Notes: a model not told the origin generated them from the letters alone. Numbered from the stretch's first letter, positions 15,250-31,053 are shown. The stretch is 64,000 nt of DNA from Eledone cirrhosa (GCA_964016885.1 OZ024750.1:14942001-15006000); one strand, 5' to 3'. A program made the numbers and translations.

Positions 15250-15408
15250 ACTCCCATATATTGACATTTGCAACTGCTGTTGCTAATGTCAATTTTTCCG
15301 TTAAGGAAGCTTGAAAGTCTTATTGCTTAGAGTATTTTTCTATAGTAAAAAAATTCGATAAAGCTTCTAACTTTCCCATATATATATAATTTAGTTATTT
15401 ACAGTTGT

Positions 15409-15459
<51 letters not shown>

Positions 15460-15491
15460 CCCCCCCCCCCTCTCTCTCTCTCTCTCTGTGT

Positions 15492-15756
15492 ATGTGGAGG
15501 CACGTGGCTTAGTGGTAAGGGTGTTGGACTTACGATCATAATGTCGTGGGTTCGATTCCTGGGTTGCGTGTTGTGTTCTTGAGCAAAACACTTCATTTCA
15601 CGTTGCTCCAGTATACTCAGCTGAAAACGAGTACCAGCAATAGCTGGGGGTTTAACCCTGCGATGGACTGGCGTCCTGTCCAAGAGGGAGTCTTGTACTC
15701 TCAGTTGCTTCACGCCATGAAACTGGGATAAGCACCGCCCAAATGAGCCTTAAGAC

Positions 15757-15762
<6 letters not shown>
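15492..15762 (+). mobile_element. SINE family B
   Basis: Close inverted homologue of 12030-12315; further partial copies near 49310, 56697-56856 and 62915. Confidence 0.85.
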
Positions 15763-15824
<62 letters not shown>

Positions 15825-16033
15825 AAAGTCTATATATATATATATATATATATATAGTAATAATAATAATATTTATACTTATATGTTTAATATACAATTA
15901 TAAATATGGAGGGTAGTACTAAGTACTAGCCGGTTACCGGTATGATAAAAGGCTCAATGCAAATTATCAAGTGTTTTACAGAGCCGAGATACAAAGTGTT
16001 AAAACAATCAAATCTTAGTTTAATACATTTATT

Positions 16034-16080
16034 TGCTGACAATTGTTTCTTCCAGAGGGATGTCTGAAATCATCGGAGCA
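16034..16080 (-). ncRNA. Minimal type I hammerhead ribozyme (CCGAUGA core variant)
   Basis: Reverse complement reads UGCU-CCGAUGA-UUUCAGA-CAUCCC-UCUGGAA-GAAAC-AAUU-GUC/AGCA; left arm of the 15989-16614 palindrome. Confidence 0.72.
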
Positions 16081-16522
16081 TAGGGAATGTCTAAACAGGT
16101 GATTAAAATCCTAGTCTTCAGAACATTGAGGTAGATACATAAGTGTTGTTAGTGTCCTAGACACATTGTAGAGAATCGGGAGGTAATAGAATGTTATGTT
16201 TCAGAGAACACAATTACAAGGAGCACTGGTGGAAAGTGCAAGAGGTACAAGCAAAAAGTACAAGCAAAAAAAGTTACAAGCAAGGAAAAATGTAAGAGAG
16301 GATAGACATTTGTCTATCCTATCTTACATTTTTCCTTGCTTGTACTTTTTGCTTGTACCTCTTGCACTTTCCACCAGTGCTCCTTGTAATTGTGTTCTCT
16401 GAAACATAACATTCTATTACCTCTCGATTCTCTACAATGTGTTTAGGACACAAACAACACATATGTATCTACCTCAATGTTCTGAAGACTAGGATTTTAA
16501 TCACCTATTTAGACATTCCCTA

Positions 16523-16569
16523 TGCTCCGATGATTCCAGACATCCCTCTGGAAGAAACAATTGTCAGCA
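16523..16569 (+). ncRNA. Minimal type I hammerhead ribozyme (CCGAUGA core variant)
   Basis: UGCU-CCGAUGA-UUCCAGA-CAUCCC-UCUGGAA-GAAAC-AAUU-GUC/AGCA; perfect 7-bp stem II, palindromic stem/loop III (CAAUUG), GUC triplet, predicted cut after 16565. Confidence 0.75.
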
Positions 16570-16617
16570 AATAAATGTATTAAACTAAGATTTGATTGTT
16601 TTAACACTTTGTATATA

Positions 16618-16666
<49 letters not shown>

Positions 16667-16714
16667 CAGTCTATAAAATATTTTCAACTATAAGACTTTT
16701 ACTCCGTGTTTCAG

Positions 16715-16749
16715 ATTTTTATCCGAGGTTGCTGAGCAGTCTCGTATAG
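16715..16749 (+). CDS. Probable terminal coding exon of the cadherin-related protein
   Basis: actccgtgtttcag|AT acceptor, phase 1; (N)FYPRLLSSLV* ending in an S-x-V class I PDZ-type motif; AATAAA at 16862-16867. Confidence 0.55.
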
Positions 16750-17073
16750 ATTCTAAAGACCAGAAGCTAACGTTCTCCAATATTATGAAGTTTTGAATAT
16801 ATTTACGATGGCATATGCTTTGATTTAGACGCAAACGAGGGTATATAAACAGGTGTAATCGAATAAATATTTCTCTAACTGTCCAGCAATGACATTTATG
16901 TCATTTGTGATATTTTACGCACAGAAATTCTGCAGCTAGACAGGCATTGGTTGAGTAGTGCATGTGTATTATATTTTTATGCGTATAATTTAATGAGATT
17001 TCGGTTCAGATTTATTTACAGTTGGATATTGTATATACATACATACTTACACACACACGCACGCACACGCACA

Positions 17074-17206
<133 letters not shown>

Positions 17207-17590
17207 CGGGTGTCGCTCAAAAAATATATACACATATTAGAAAGTGGTTGAAGTGTGTATACATTTTTGGGATACCCTATATATATATATATACATTATA
17301 TATAGGGAGTTATAAACTCAAAATAGTCTTTTACAATTTCTGGATACGCGCAGAAGAGCACAGGGATAGTAACTTTCACTTAATTGTTGCGAAACAAATT
17401 TTTAAAATTTGTCCGGGTATCACGGCCATTGCCAATATAGGTTTGTTATTTTTATTGATTTATTATTTTAAATCGAGACAGGCAAACCGTATTATTTTAA
17501 ATTAGTATTTTTCAACCTAGCTAACTTGGTCATTTGCAATGTGAACACATGTATACTTGTATCTGTGTTTGTCCCTCTCATATATTCATT

Positions 17591-17651
<61 letters not shown>

Positions 17652-17659
17652 GTATATAT

Positions 17660-17852
17660 GAAAATGTTCAAGACCCCGACGACAGAGCTCAAGCCGTTTC
17701 GACGGCTATTTCTATCCAGAAATAGCCGTCGAAACGGCTTGAGCTCTGCCGTCGGGGTCTTGACCATTTTCCTATTACCCACTCTACTACCCTAAGTATT
17801 GAGTACTCTGGTGTGTTGTGGTCCATCTCGTTCCTTACCACACTTCCTTCGT
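17660..17852 (+). mobile_element. TA-anchored fold-back repeat (half-hammerhead family)
   Basis: ~55-bp arms around an ATCC loop plus an 80-bp tail; relatives at 29385-29505, 39884-39938, 43353-43484 (-) and 59954-60150. Confidence 0.8.
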
Positions 17853-18541
17853 TATATATATATAAATGCACACATATAAGCTGCAATATCTATATAGCTA
17901 GTGAGTGATCTTAGTAGACTTTGATTCAAAGAAATCGATTTTCGATGTACTTCAATACACATACACACACACATACACACACACATACACACATTCACAG
18001 ATACGTATAGATATTTATGCACAACACAGAACATATTAGAAAACTTAGGGTAAATTTAATTTGATTTATGAGTCTATGTGTGAAAGCAAACAAATGTGCT
18101 ATTATAAACTAGACTGCCTAAAGTGTATGTTGTATTTAACAAAACATTAGCAGCTGCTCAAAAATTATTTTTGTTTCTAGAAGAGAAGATGTCTTGTCTT
18201 CTCATGAAAAACCAACTAGCTTTGAAATAAGTAAAGTCAATGATTTGTGTTCGAAGAAAATAACAAAAGTGTGCTCATATATGTTCTTTCCACACCGTGG
18301 CTTATAGCTAAAATACTGTACTTGAATCTACACCAAATTCGTATATACAGCCTTGTTAAAAGACCCCGTCTATTTTGGGGCGAGTGAAAGATGTCTTCTC
18401 TTGTAAAAATGGGTATAGCTTTCATTATATAAAATCTGCCACATTTCTCCCCGTTTTGAGGCACCTTTTTCATGGCATTTCCCCGTTTGGGTTTTTTAAA
18501 GAGGTTGGCAGGTTTGTGTGTATATATATATATATATAGAG

Positions 18542-20829
<2,288 letters not shown>

Positions 20830-21178
20830 TAGGCCATGCTGGAGCATCATCATTGTGTGTGGTATGGCACCTGTGGTCCTTGAATTCATAAAAGCTTGGT
20901 GACGTAACTACACTGCTAACAATAATCAGCAATATCCAATGTAGTAACTTCTGCTTATAACTAGTTAGACTAAGGTTGTTGGCCTTGAGTACGAATCACC
21001 AACAACCCCAGGTTGCGTTTATTTACCTATTAACTTTCTTCTTTCAGCTATAAAACTGACAAATATTTCCATTTATTTAACAAAATTTAATTTGAATAAA
21101 CGATCTAATTTTGACGATATTTCGTTGCTACACATGGATTAGAGGTGTTTACTTAATATGAAATTATTACCATTTTAG

Positions 21179-21226
21179 GTTTATTGAATTAATGAGGAAA
21201 CGTTTCAATGGACAAGAACTGTTTAG
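21179..21226 (+). other. Candidate 48-nt exon (alternative cadherin tail or a separate transcript)
   Basis: cattttag|G acceptor and AG|gtgagt donor; open in phase 2-2 as FIELMRKRFNGQELF. Splice signals only. Confidence 0.35.
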
Positions 21227-21429
21227 GTGAGTGGTTACAATTTATTCATATTTTAAAAGTTAAAAATTTGATTTGTTTTGACAAGATTCAGTTTTAATTG
21301 TTAAATTGCTACAGTAAATGATTTCTGCTACATCAGTAGCCGTATGAGAACACCTGACGCTATTCTTTAAGGAACCTTATCCATCTTTAGTGGGGTTTAC
21401 TTATTCGGTATTGAGGTTAAGATAAACTG

Positions 21430-21561
<132 letters not shown>

Positions 21562-21570
21562 CATATATAC

Positions 21571-21705
<135 letters not shown>

Positions 21706-21706
21706 C

Positions 21707-21826
<120 letters not shown>

Positions 21827-22436
21827 AACAAGGGGAGAAGAATACTGCATGGTTGCACATGGATTACATATTATAAAATTAGTCCCTCATCAGTGATTTG
21901 CCAACCATCATTGGTATTTCATCGCATTAAAAATCAGATACCCCAGGTTGTAGCGAGCAATAACTAAAATAAGCTATTAGGACAAGTGAAACGCGTAAAG
22001 CGAGTGAGACAAGTAAACAACAGAAGGAAAAGCAAATATATATATAAAAGCAAATATATATATATTGCGTATGAAACATCTGCTGGAGATGACCATTTGT
22101 ACAAAGTGCGAGCTTCCAACACCCGATGACAGCATATTCTTTCACCTCATGTCTGCTATACAAAGGTGACTACAAACCAGAGGTCAAATCTAAGTTTCAA
22201 CGCCCTTGATCACCAAATTACTATTTCTATGCTCCAAATACTGGGGCACAAGTGTATGAGCAGACGTGAGCTTCAATATCTGTTTTTGTGACTGATTTAT
22301 CGATCTCAAAACTAAATAGATGAAAATATTACATTCCTTTTGGCTAGTAAAATAATTACTAACTCATCAATATGAGCGAATACATGCTCACACAATGTAA
22401 CATAAAATTATTGCATTCATACTTTTATATTTTCAG

Positions 22437-22449
22437 ATTTGGACGAAAT
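22437..22449 (+). other. Candidate 13-nt microexon
   Basis: acttttatattttcag|ATTTGGACGAAAT|gtgagt; strong flanking signals only. Confidence 0.3.
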
Positions 22450-24691
22450 GTGAGTGAATATCAACGAAATTAATGAAGTTCTTTTAATGAGATTTATCTT
22501 TTTTTTTAATAATCTAAACCGAAATTACATCAAGGTTGATAGACAGTGTAATTAAAGAGTTAAGTCTTTCTAGCATATTCTGAAATTCAAATAATTATGG
22601 AGACCAGCGGAAAACATAAAAAGATATCATATTAAAATCAAGAAATGTGATGAATCTTGCTGAGGTGATTTTAATAGAATTAACAACCTCTAATCTCGAA
22701 TGACTGACATCTCTCATGTAAAGGATTAGTAATTGTGTTAAAACTTAGGCTGTTAAGTAAGTTTAGGTTAGGATTAAAATAAACAGTTCCAACTCACTTG
22801 CTACCAAAATCACATCAACTTTCAATTACCTTGTAAATAACACAAGTTGTATAATAGTACAAAATAAAAGAAAATGACGAAATGATGAATAGAAACGAAA
22901 CGCAGTGCTTATATCACGCACACATGCACACACACATACACAGATGCACGCGCATACATACGTACATATATACACGCATGGAGATTTAATCTTACTTTCA
23001 CACTCTCACAGAGAATTAAGATGGGACCAACAGGAAAATTGAATTAAATATATGGTCAGACATACAGTGGTGGACATAAATTAAATATAGCAATCATATA
23101 GGTTGGATACATCTTAGTCTAAATATCTGATTACTACAACATACCATAACAGTCTTTATGGCATTTTCTTACATTCCTGATAACATTGGTTCATTATGAG
23201 TCTGTTGGCAGAATAATCTCTTTGAAATCATCAGCCGTTTCAGTGTGTTAGATTAGAGATGACTTGCACTGTTTGACTTAGGATGTCTATTTTGGGAGTT
23301 TTACGGTGGTTGACTTCGATTTTATTAGTATTTATAGTAGCCAATTTAATCAACTTCTCTCGGGTCCCAAATAATAGGGTGTGTGGAATAAACACGGGTG
23401 GCGTGTAGAAAATCGGTAATTTTTCTAGGTTGTCCCATTGATATTAAAAAAAACCCAGAATCAACCCTTTAGTTTACACATTGAGAGCCCAATCCATCCT
23501 AGTTGGTTATACGATCTCAAATATTTCACTCGAACTTTATTCTATCAACTCTGAAAAAATGAAAAGTTGATTTCATCAGGAATTGAACTTATAAGCTAAA
23601 GAAATGTAATTACTTAGATAATAAAAAACCTTTTCGTCGATAGTCATCTATCTTTGTACCACTACAGCCATGTGGGAAATCACTATTATGAAGAGAGCTG
23701 CAGTCGACTCCCGTGTGTAAGTAAGATTTGGGAACACTCTTTTATTAATGAATATTTCATTAAATTGTAGTGTCTAATTCAGCTTCTAATCTTGCCAAAT
23801 AAAAATAAAAACAACAACTCTAAGATTCCTAAATCGAAAGGATTAAAAAATGTTTAACCCTTTAGCATTTAAACCAGCAATATCCGGCCAGAATTCTCTC
23901 ACCTCTTTCTGTTCAAACTGGCCATAACCGGCCACTCATACTGATATTAAGGTATTGTTCTCAAAATAAATAATAACAACATCAAAATCTCGTAGATTCC
24001 ATATTATGTGAGATAATTATTTGAGATAAAGCCTCTTGAAAATATTATAGTAGAGTAATGGAAAGGCTAAATCTTTAATCTCGTTGTGATTCCGTCAATT
24101 GAATAATGAAGCGCTGGTTCTGTAACCTTAAGACTAATAGATGTCTAGACAAATCACCAGTGTTTATAAACTATCTATCCACAATGACCTGTCAAATATT
24201 CTCCAGTTATATAAACTGAAGCTCGTAAACTTCAGTGTTTTGTTCAATGAAAAACAGAAATCACTAAAAGAACATACAGAGACTACCAGTCGATAATCCG
24301 ATACATATTCCGTAAAGCCAAATTTTCAAAACGAAAAACAATAAATGAAATAAAAAAAAAATCAACCATTTTCTTCACAGATTTTGTCACTAAAGAAGTT
24401 ATGTGTATTTTAGTATCACTTTTAATTTGTACTGATAATTTGCTTTTGAATTTGTTTTGCTACATATTTGTAAACCTCTATATTTTGTCAATGAAATACT
24501 AATTTAAAATGAACTAAGGAATTATACAAAATATCAAAAATCAGAGAAGTTCCATAAATTATTTTATTTTTGAATCTCTAAATTTTATACACATCTCCTC
24601 CCTTTAAATTCCTCTGATTTACAGACGTATCTAAAAAGTGGCAACTAATATATTTTATATATTCTATCTATGTGTGTGTATATATTTTATG

Positions 24692-24729
<38 letters not shown>

Positions 24730-24796
24730 ATATATATATATATAAATATATATACATATATATGTATTTATATATATATATGTATGTATATATGTA

Positions 24797-24852
<56 letters not shown>

Positions 24853-25035
24853 GTATATGTATATATATATATGTAGAGTGAAGAAAATACGAAAGAGTAT
24901 GTTTTCAATTGAAAATATACTCTATTTTGTTTTCTTCTCTCTATATTGTATTCCTTGAGCTCGGTACTTATTCCTTGAGCTCATTAAATTACAGGGGATT
25001 AAGGCGAGTCTTTAACTCCGTTGTTTCATTTGATA

Positions 25036-25112
25036 ATATATATATATATATGTATATGTATATATGTATATATATATGTATATATATATATGTATATATG
25101 TATATATATATG

Positions 25113-25165
<53 letters not shown>

Positions 25166-25228
25166 ATATATATGTATGTATATATATATATATATATGTA
25201 TATGTATGTATATATATATATATATATG

Positions 25229-25262
<34 letters not shown>

Positions 25263-25474
25263 TATATATATATGTATGTATATATATATATATATGTATA
25301 TATATATGTATATATATATGTATATATATATGTATATATATATATATGTATATATATATGTATGTATATATATATGTATATATATATATATGTATATATA
25401 TATGTATGTATATATATATGTATGTATATATATGTATATGTATATATATGTATGTATATATATATATATATATG

Positions 25475-25529
<55 letters not shown>

Positions 25530-25552
25530 ATATATATATATATGTATGTATG

Positions 25553-25583
<31 letters not shown>

Positions 25584-26046
25584 GTGTATATATGTATATA
25601 TATATGTATATATATATATATGTATATATATATGTATATATATATATATGTATATATATATGTATATATATATGTATATATATATATATGTATATATATA
25701 TGTATATATATATGTATATATATATGTATATATATATGTATATATATATGTATATATATATGTATATATATATGTATATATATATGTATATATATATGTA
25801 TGTATATATGTATGTATATATGTATGTATATATGTATGTATATGTATATGTATATATATATGTATATGTTGATTTAAAACTGCACTATCCACAAGTGTTT
25901 TTTAGCCTTCATATCATGTTCTCCTGTTTTATCTGATGAAAACACAAATATTATTGCATGATGATGTTTGTTTTTGAAATGCGCATAATAAAATACATGG
26001 AACTCCTTTAACCATCTTTTGATCTTATATATTATATATGTATATA

Positions 26047-26086
<40 letters not shown>

Positions 26087-26298
26087 GTATATATATATAT
26101 ATATATATATTATATATGTATATATATATATATATATATTATATATGTATATATATATGTATATATATATATATATATATATTATATATGTATATATATA
26201 TGTATATATATATATATATATATATGTGTATGTATGTATGTATGTATATATGTATATATGTATGTATGTATATATATATATGTATATATGTATGTATG

Positions 26299-26329
<31 letters not shown>

Positions 26330-26366
26330 ATATATGTATGTATGTATATATATATATGTATGTATG

Positions 26367-26397
<31 letters not shown>

Positions 26398-26417
26398 GTA
26401 TATATGTATATATATAT

Positions 26418-26449
<32 letters not shown>

Positions 26450-26712
26450 GTATATGTATGTATATATATATGTATATATGTATATATATATGTATATATG
26501 TATATATATATATATATATGTATATGTATGTATATATATATGTATATATATATGTATATATATATATATGTATATATATATGTATATATATGTATATATA
26601 TATATATATGTATATATATGTATATATATATATATATGTATATATATGTATATATATATATATATGTATATATATGTATATATATATATATATGTATATA
26701 TATGTATATATG

Positions 26713-26764
<52 letters not shown>

Positions 26765-26794
26765 TGTATATATATGTATATATATGTATATATG

Positions 26795-26846
<52 letters not shown>

Positions 26847-26876
26847 TGTATATATATGTATATATGTATATATATG

Positions 26877-26949
<73 letters not shown>

Positions 26950-26998
26950 GTATATATATGTATATATATGTATATATATGTATATATGTATATATATG

Positions 26999-27051
<53 letters not shown>

Positions 27052-27062
27052 GTATATATATG

Positions 27063-27097
<35 letters not shown>

Positions 27098-27192
27098 GTA
27101 TATATATGTATATATATATATATATGTATATATATGTATATATATATATATATGTATATATATGTATATATATATATATATGTATATATATG

Positions 27193-27263
<71 letters not shown>

Positions 27264-27274
27264 GTATATATATG

Positions 27275-27305
<31 letters not shown>

Positions 27306-27730
27306 ATATGTATATATATGTATATATATATATGTATATATATGTATATATATATATGTATATATATGTATATATATATGTATATATATGTATATATATA
27401 TGTATATATATGTATATATATATGTATATATATGTATATATATATATGTATATATATGTATATATATATATGTATATATATGTATATATATATGTATATG
27501 TATGTATATGTATATATATATGTATATGTATATATATATGTATATGTATGTATATATATATGTATATATATATGTATATGTATGTATATATATATATGTA
27601 TATGTATGTATATATATATATATGTATATGTATATGTATGTATGTATATATATATGTATATATATATATATGTATGTATGTATATATATATGTATATATA
27701 TATATATGCATATACACACATATATATGCT
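25036..27730. repeat. Two giant TA/TATG arrays flanking a ~160-bp unique island
   Basis: Arrays at 25036-25868 and 26028-27730. Other arrays at 3150-3498, 21430-21822, 39210-39550 and the (GA)/(GATA) block at 38175-38800. Confidence 0.95.
25925..25995 (+). ncRNA. Type I hammerhead ribozyme in an island between giant TA arrays
   Basis: UGUUUUAU-CUGAUGA-long GU-rich stem II-GAAA-UGCGCA-UA/AUAAAAUA; palindromic loop III, AUA triplet. Confidence 0.8.
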
Positions 27731-28168
27731 ATCTATGTAAATTGACATAAAATACTTTTTAAAAACATCATGGTGTCTTTGTTGTTGAGTTTAACAAGCT
27801 ATGTTACTGTATGTATTTTCGTAAAATATGTTGCGTAAAATATGTTTGTTATTTATTTGTTCTTTCAATAGAATGATCAGATTCCATTAATTCATGTTGA
27901 TAAGTTGCTGGATGTCACAAGGCTTGGACAAAGGTTTGTGATAGGAAAATCTGTTGTCCAATGAACGGTTCTCCCTTGAGATATAATAACCGATGATATA
28001 ACAAACAAATTGTATGGAACAATGCTCTTGTGTGAATAGAGTTTCAAAAGCTGTCCAAAATTTGTAGAAAAATTGTTTAACTGCCTCTACAACTCCTTCT
28101 TTATATTTTAGTAAGACCGAGCTGAGGAGTTTTATTGTGTTGCACGTAGCAGAAATATAACTTATTCT

Positions 28169-28560
28169 AGGCTCTGCTGCACTTCGGGCCGAGGAGGGCA
28201 AACTCTCCAAATATCGGACGCTCTCTGACAGGTTTGTGGTCGAGCCCGTGACAGTGGAGACTTCTGGTGTCCTTGGCCCTAGTGCCACCTACCTGTTAAC
28301 CACATTCGGCACAGAGCTCTGGGTGCCCACTGGTGTAAGCCTCGCGAACTGGAATGGCTCTTCTAGCGCGTATTCATCACTATCCTCCGGGGAAACACCT
28401 TTTCTATTCTGTCCACCGGGGCCACAGGGCGGCCAGCGCATGGACCCTTATTTGCTCACAGTAATGAGAGATGGGGAGAACGGGAGAAACGGGAGAAACG
28501 GAGGCAGTGACGGTGGGAATTTGGTTCCTTTGTGTTCGGACCTGGCGTATATATGTGTAA
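28169..28560 (+). mobile_element. Older CRE-like non-LTR 3' fragment
   Basis: GSAALRAEEGKLSKYRTLSDRFVVEPVTVETSGVLGPSAT, then a frameshift; homologous to the 32395 copy. Shorter copies at 4707-4845 (+), 6473-6646 (-) and 55641-55776 (-). Confidence 0.75.
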
Positions 28561-29043
28561 ATAGAATTAACTTGCTGCTTCATGTATAATGCCTAAAACT
28601 TCAATTGGAAGATTAAATCATACTGAACAATGGAAACCAGTTTTTATATATTAGGATGAATTAAAAGCAACAATTTAAAAAATATTCTCATACATAACTA
28701 TTCATTCCCTATGTTTCTGTATGGAAATAAATTCGACTTCAGATATTCATAGTATGATCACCGCATAGCCACACGATCATAAAGTTACATGAAATATAAA
28801 TAATATAATAATATAAATATATATATATTGGAATATCAGGGATGCATTTAATGAAAGTAGGTTGAACGCTAACGTTATCTGTTCTGTGTGGATATGTGTA
28901 ATATGTGTTGGATTCACAACTGTGAGGTTTTGGGGTTTAGTTCTCGGGTTGGGTGATGTGCTATGTTTTACATTGCTCCTTCTGCCAGGAGTTTGCGACC
29001 GGTAGATATAATTAATAATTAGAAAGACCAATGGAAACATTGT

Positions 29044-29079
<36 letters not shown>

Positions 29080-29299
29080 TGGTGGTTTATGACTTCTTGA
29101 CCGCCTTCTCAGTTTGTACGGCCTTTATAACGTATGTTTATTGCTCTGGTCTTTTAGCCCATGGAGCGCTTGCCAGCATGACTCGGAATTTGCGTTACGT
29201 TTCGCTTTTTCTACCCGCCGAAATGCGATTCTCGCTGAATTTATATTTGTATATATATATATATATATATAAGTAGTTCCACAACAGTTCGTTCACCAT

Positions 29300-29342
29300 A
29301 CCGAGAACAATTGTTTCACCTTATTCGGATCATCAGCTCGGT
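29300..29342 (-). ncRNA. Minimal type I hammerhead ribozyme
   Basis: Reverse complement reads ACCGAG-CUGAUGA-UCC-GAAUAA-GGU-GAAAC-AAUU-GUU/CUCGGU; 6-bp stem I, palindromic CAAUUG; sits in a ~70-nt island between TA runs. Confidence 0.78.
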
Positions 29343-29385
<43 letters not shown>

Positions 29386-29503
29386 GAAAAGAGTCAGGAC
29401 CCCGACGGCTGAGCTCCGGCCGTTTCGACAGCTAGATCCAAACTCAGTTCGGTTCTAGCTGTCGAAACAGCTGGAGCTCAGCCGTCGGGGTTCTGATTCT
29501 TTT

Positions 29504-29542
<39 letters not shown>

Positions 29543-29611
29543 ATATATATATATAAGGTAAGTTATTGCGGTACTCAATACATAGCAGAGTATAAAAGTT
29601 TTAATATAGAT

Positions 29612-29664
29612 GAGATTCTACAGGACTAGAACGGTTTCATTCCTTAGAAATCATCAGGAATCTC
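29612..29664 (-). ncRNA. Type I hammerhead ribozyme, left arm of a fold-back pair
   Basis: Reverse complement reads GAGAUUC-CUGAUGA-UUUC-UAAG-GAAU-GAAAC-CGUUCUAGUCCU-GUA/GAAUCUC. Confidence 0.7.
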
Positions 29665-29665
29665 T

Positions 29666-29714
29666 GATTCCTGATGATTTCTAAAGAATGAAACAGTTCT
29701 AGTCCTGTAGAATC
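29666..29714 (+). ncRNA. Type I hammerhead ribozyme, right arm of a fold-back pair
   Basis: GAUUC-CUGAUGA-UUUC-UAAA-GAAU-GAAAC-AG-UUCUAGUC-CU-GUA/GAAUC. Confidence 0.7.
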
Positions 29715-29845
<131 letters not shown>

Positions 29846-30286
29846 TATATCGACATACATATATATGAACTATATACCAGATACAAAAACTCTAGACAAA
29901 ATGAGAAGAACAAACACTATAAAATTATGATTAAATTTGATTGATTTTTGTTGGTTATCAATGAATGCTGTTATTTTCTTTTCAAAGAAAGATTTTCATG
30001 GTGCTGTTGTTATTTTCGTATTTGTATTCTAAGACCGTTTTCATAAATAACACAGATCCATTTCATATTATATATTGTGAAATGAAAGGATTTAAAGAAC
30101 TATTGATTTTAGTACACGATTATAGATTTGAGAAATACAAAAGTTTACGCGCTACATTTCTAAAACGGACGCTTAAATATGTTCTGATTGATCGTTGAAA
30201 TATGGCAATGTAAAGGCATTTTTTTGCAATTATTTAGCAAAATAAAAAAAAAAATATAACTAACTAACTAGATATTGTGTGTGTGC

Positions 30287-30352
<66 letters not shown>

Positions 30353-30405
30353 GTATCTTTGTATTTGTCCCCTTCTTTTGTGCTCCTGTGGCTAATAAAG
30401 AAATA

Positions 30406-30474
<69 letters not shown>

Positions 30475-30543
30475 CTATATATATACATATATATTATACA
30501 CACACACATATATATATTACATATATATGTGTATATATATATA

Positions 30544-31051
30544 TGGTGGCTGCCAACTCGTTTTCGAGTACGGCCACTAATTTATATCCATGTAGGAGAA
30601 CCCCTACCGATGCGCTAAACAAGTGTGACTTTTTAGTCCAGCCAGCGACTTGAAAACTCTGGTACAAACACTACACCTGTGACAATTCTTGACACATAGT
30701 GCTGGGCCCACAGCACCATGTGACGACAAGTGCAGAGAGATCTCCAGATACAAAGCAATGCCTGTGCTGTGAAGCTTTTATAGTGAGCAAAGGCACTGCA
30801 CAAAGCCAGTCTCACTCTCTTAACCAAGATTATATTTACCAAAAAGAAGAACAAGTCAACATCATTGGATACCATCAGGGTTGCAGGGGTTATATCAGAG
30901 TTTCTTGGTGAGGAGGGTGACTTTGGACATCCCGCAGGACTAAAAACAAAACCTGTCAAAGAGCAAAGGAGCTCTTAAGAGTCAATGGCCATCCAAAATC
31001 ACTGGGAGAGATGACTCCTTAGCCTTTGTCAAGGCAGAATTCTAGGAGAAG

Positions 31052-31053
<2 letters not shown>
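30544..31053 (+). mobile_element. Unclassified microsatellite-embedded interspersed repeat
   Basis: Close copies at 44691-45097 (-) and 54163-54565 (-), and a diverged relative at 45183-45421; all abut TA or TATG runs. Confidence 0.75.

Larger units (their letters stand above)
15989..16614. repeat. ~625-bp near-perfect palindrome
   Basis: Centre AGGATAGACA-TT-TGTCTATCCT at about 16310; arms differ by scattered substitutions and a small indel. Confidence 0.93.

Noticed and set aside
15492-15562. tRNA gene
   Set aside because: The box A/B head continues into a SINE body; no complete cloverleaf.
30633-30959. ORFs repeated at 30.7, 44.8 and 54.2 kb as a gene family
   Set aside because: Copies of an interspersed repeat; short ORFs on both strands, no recognisable domain or splice structure.
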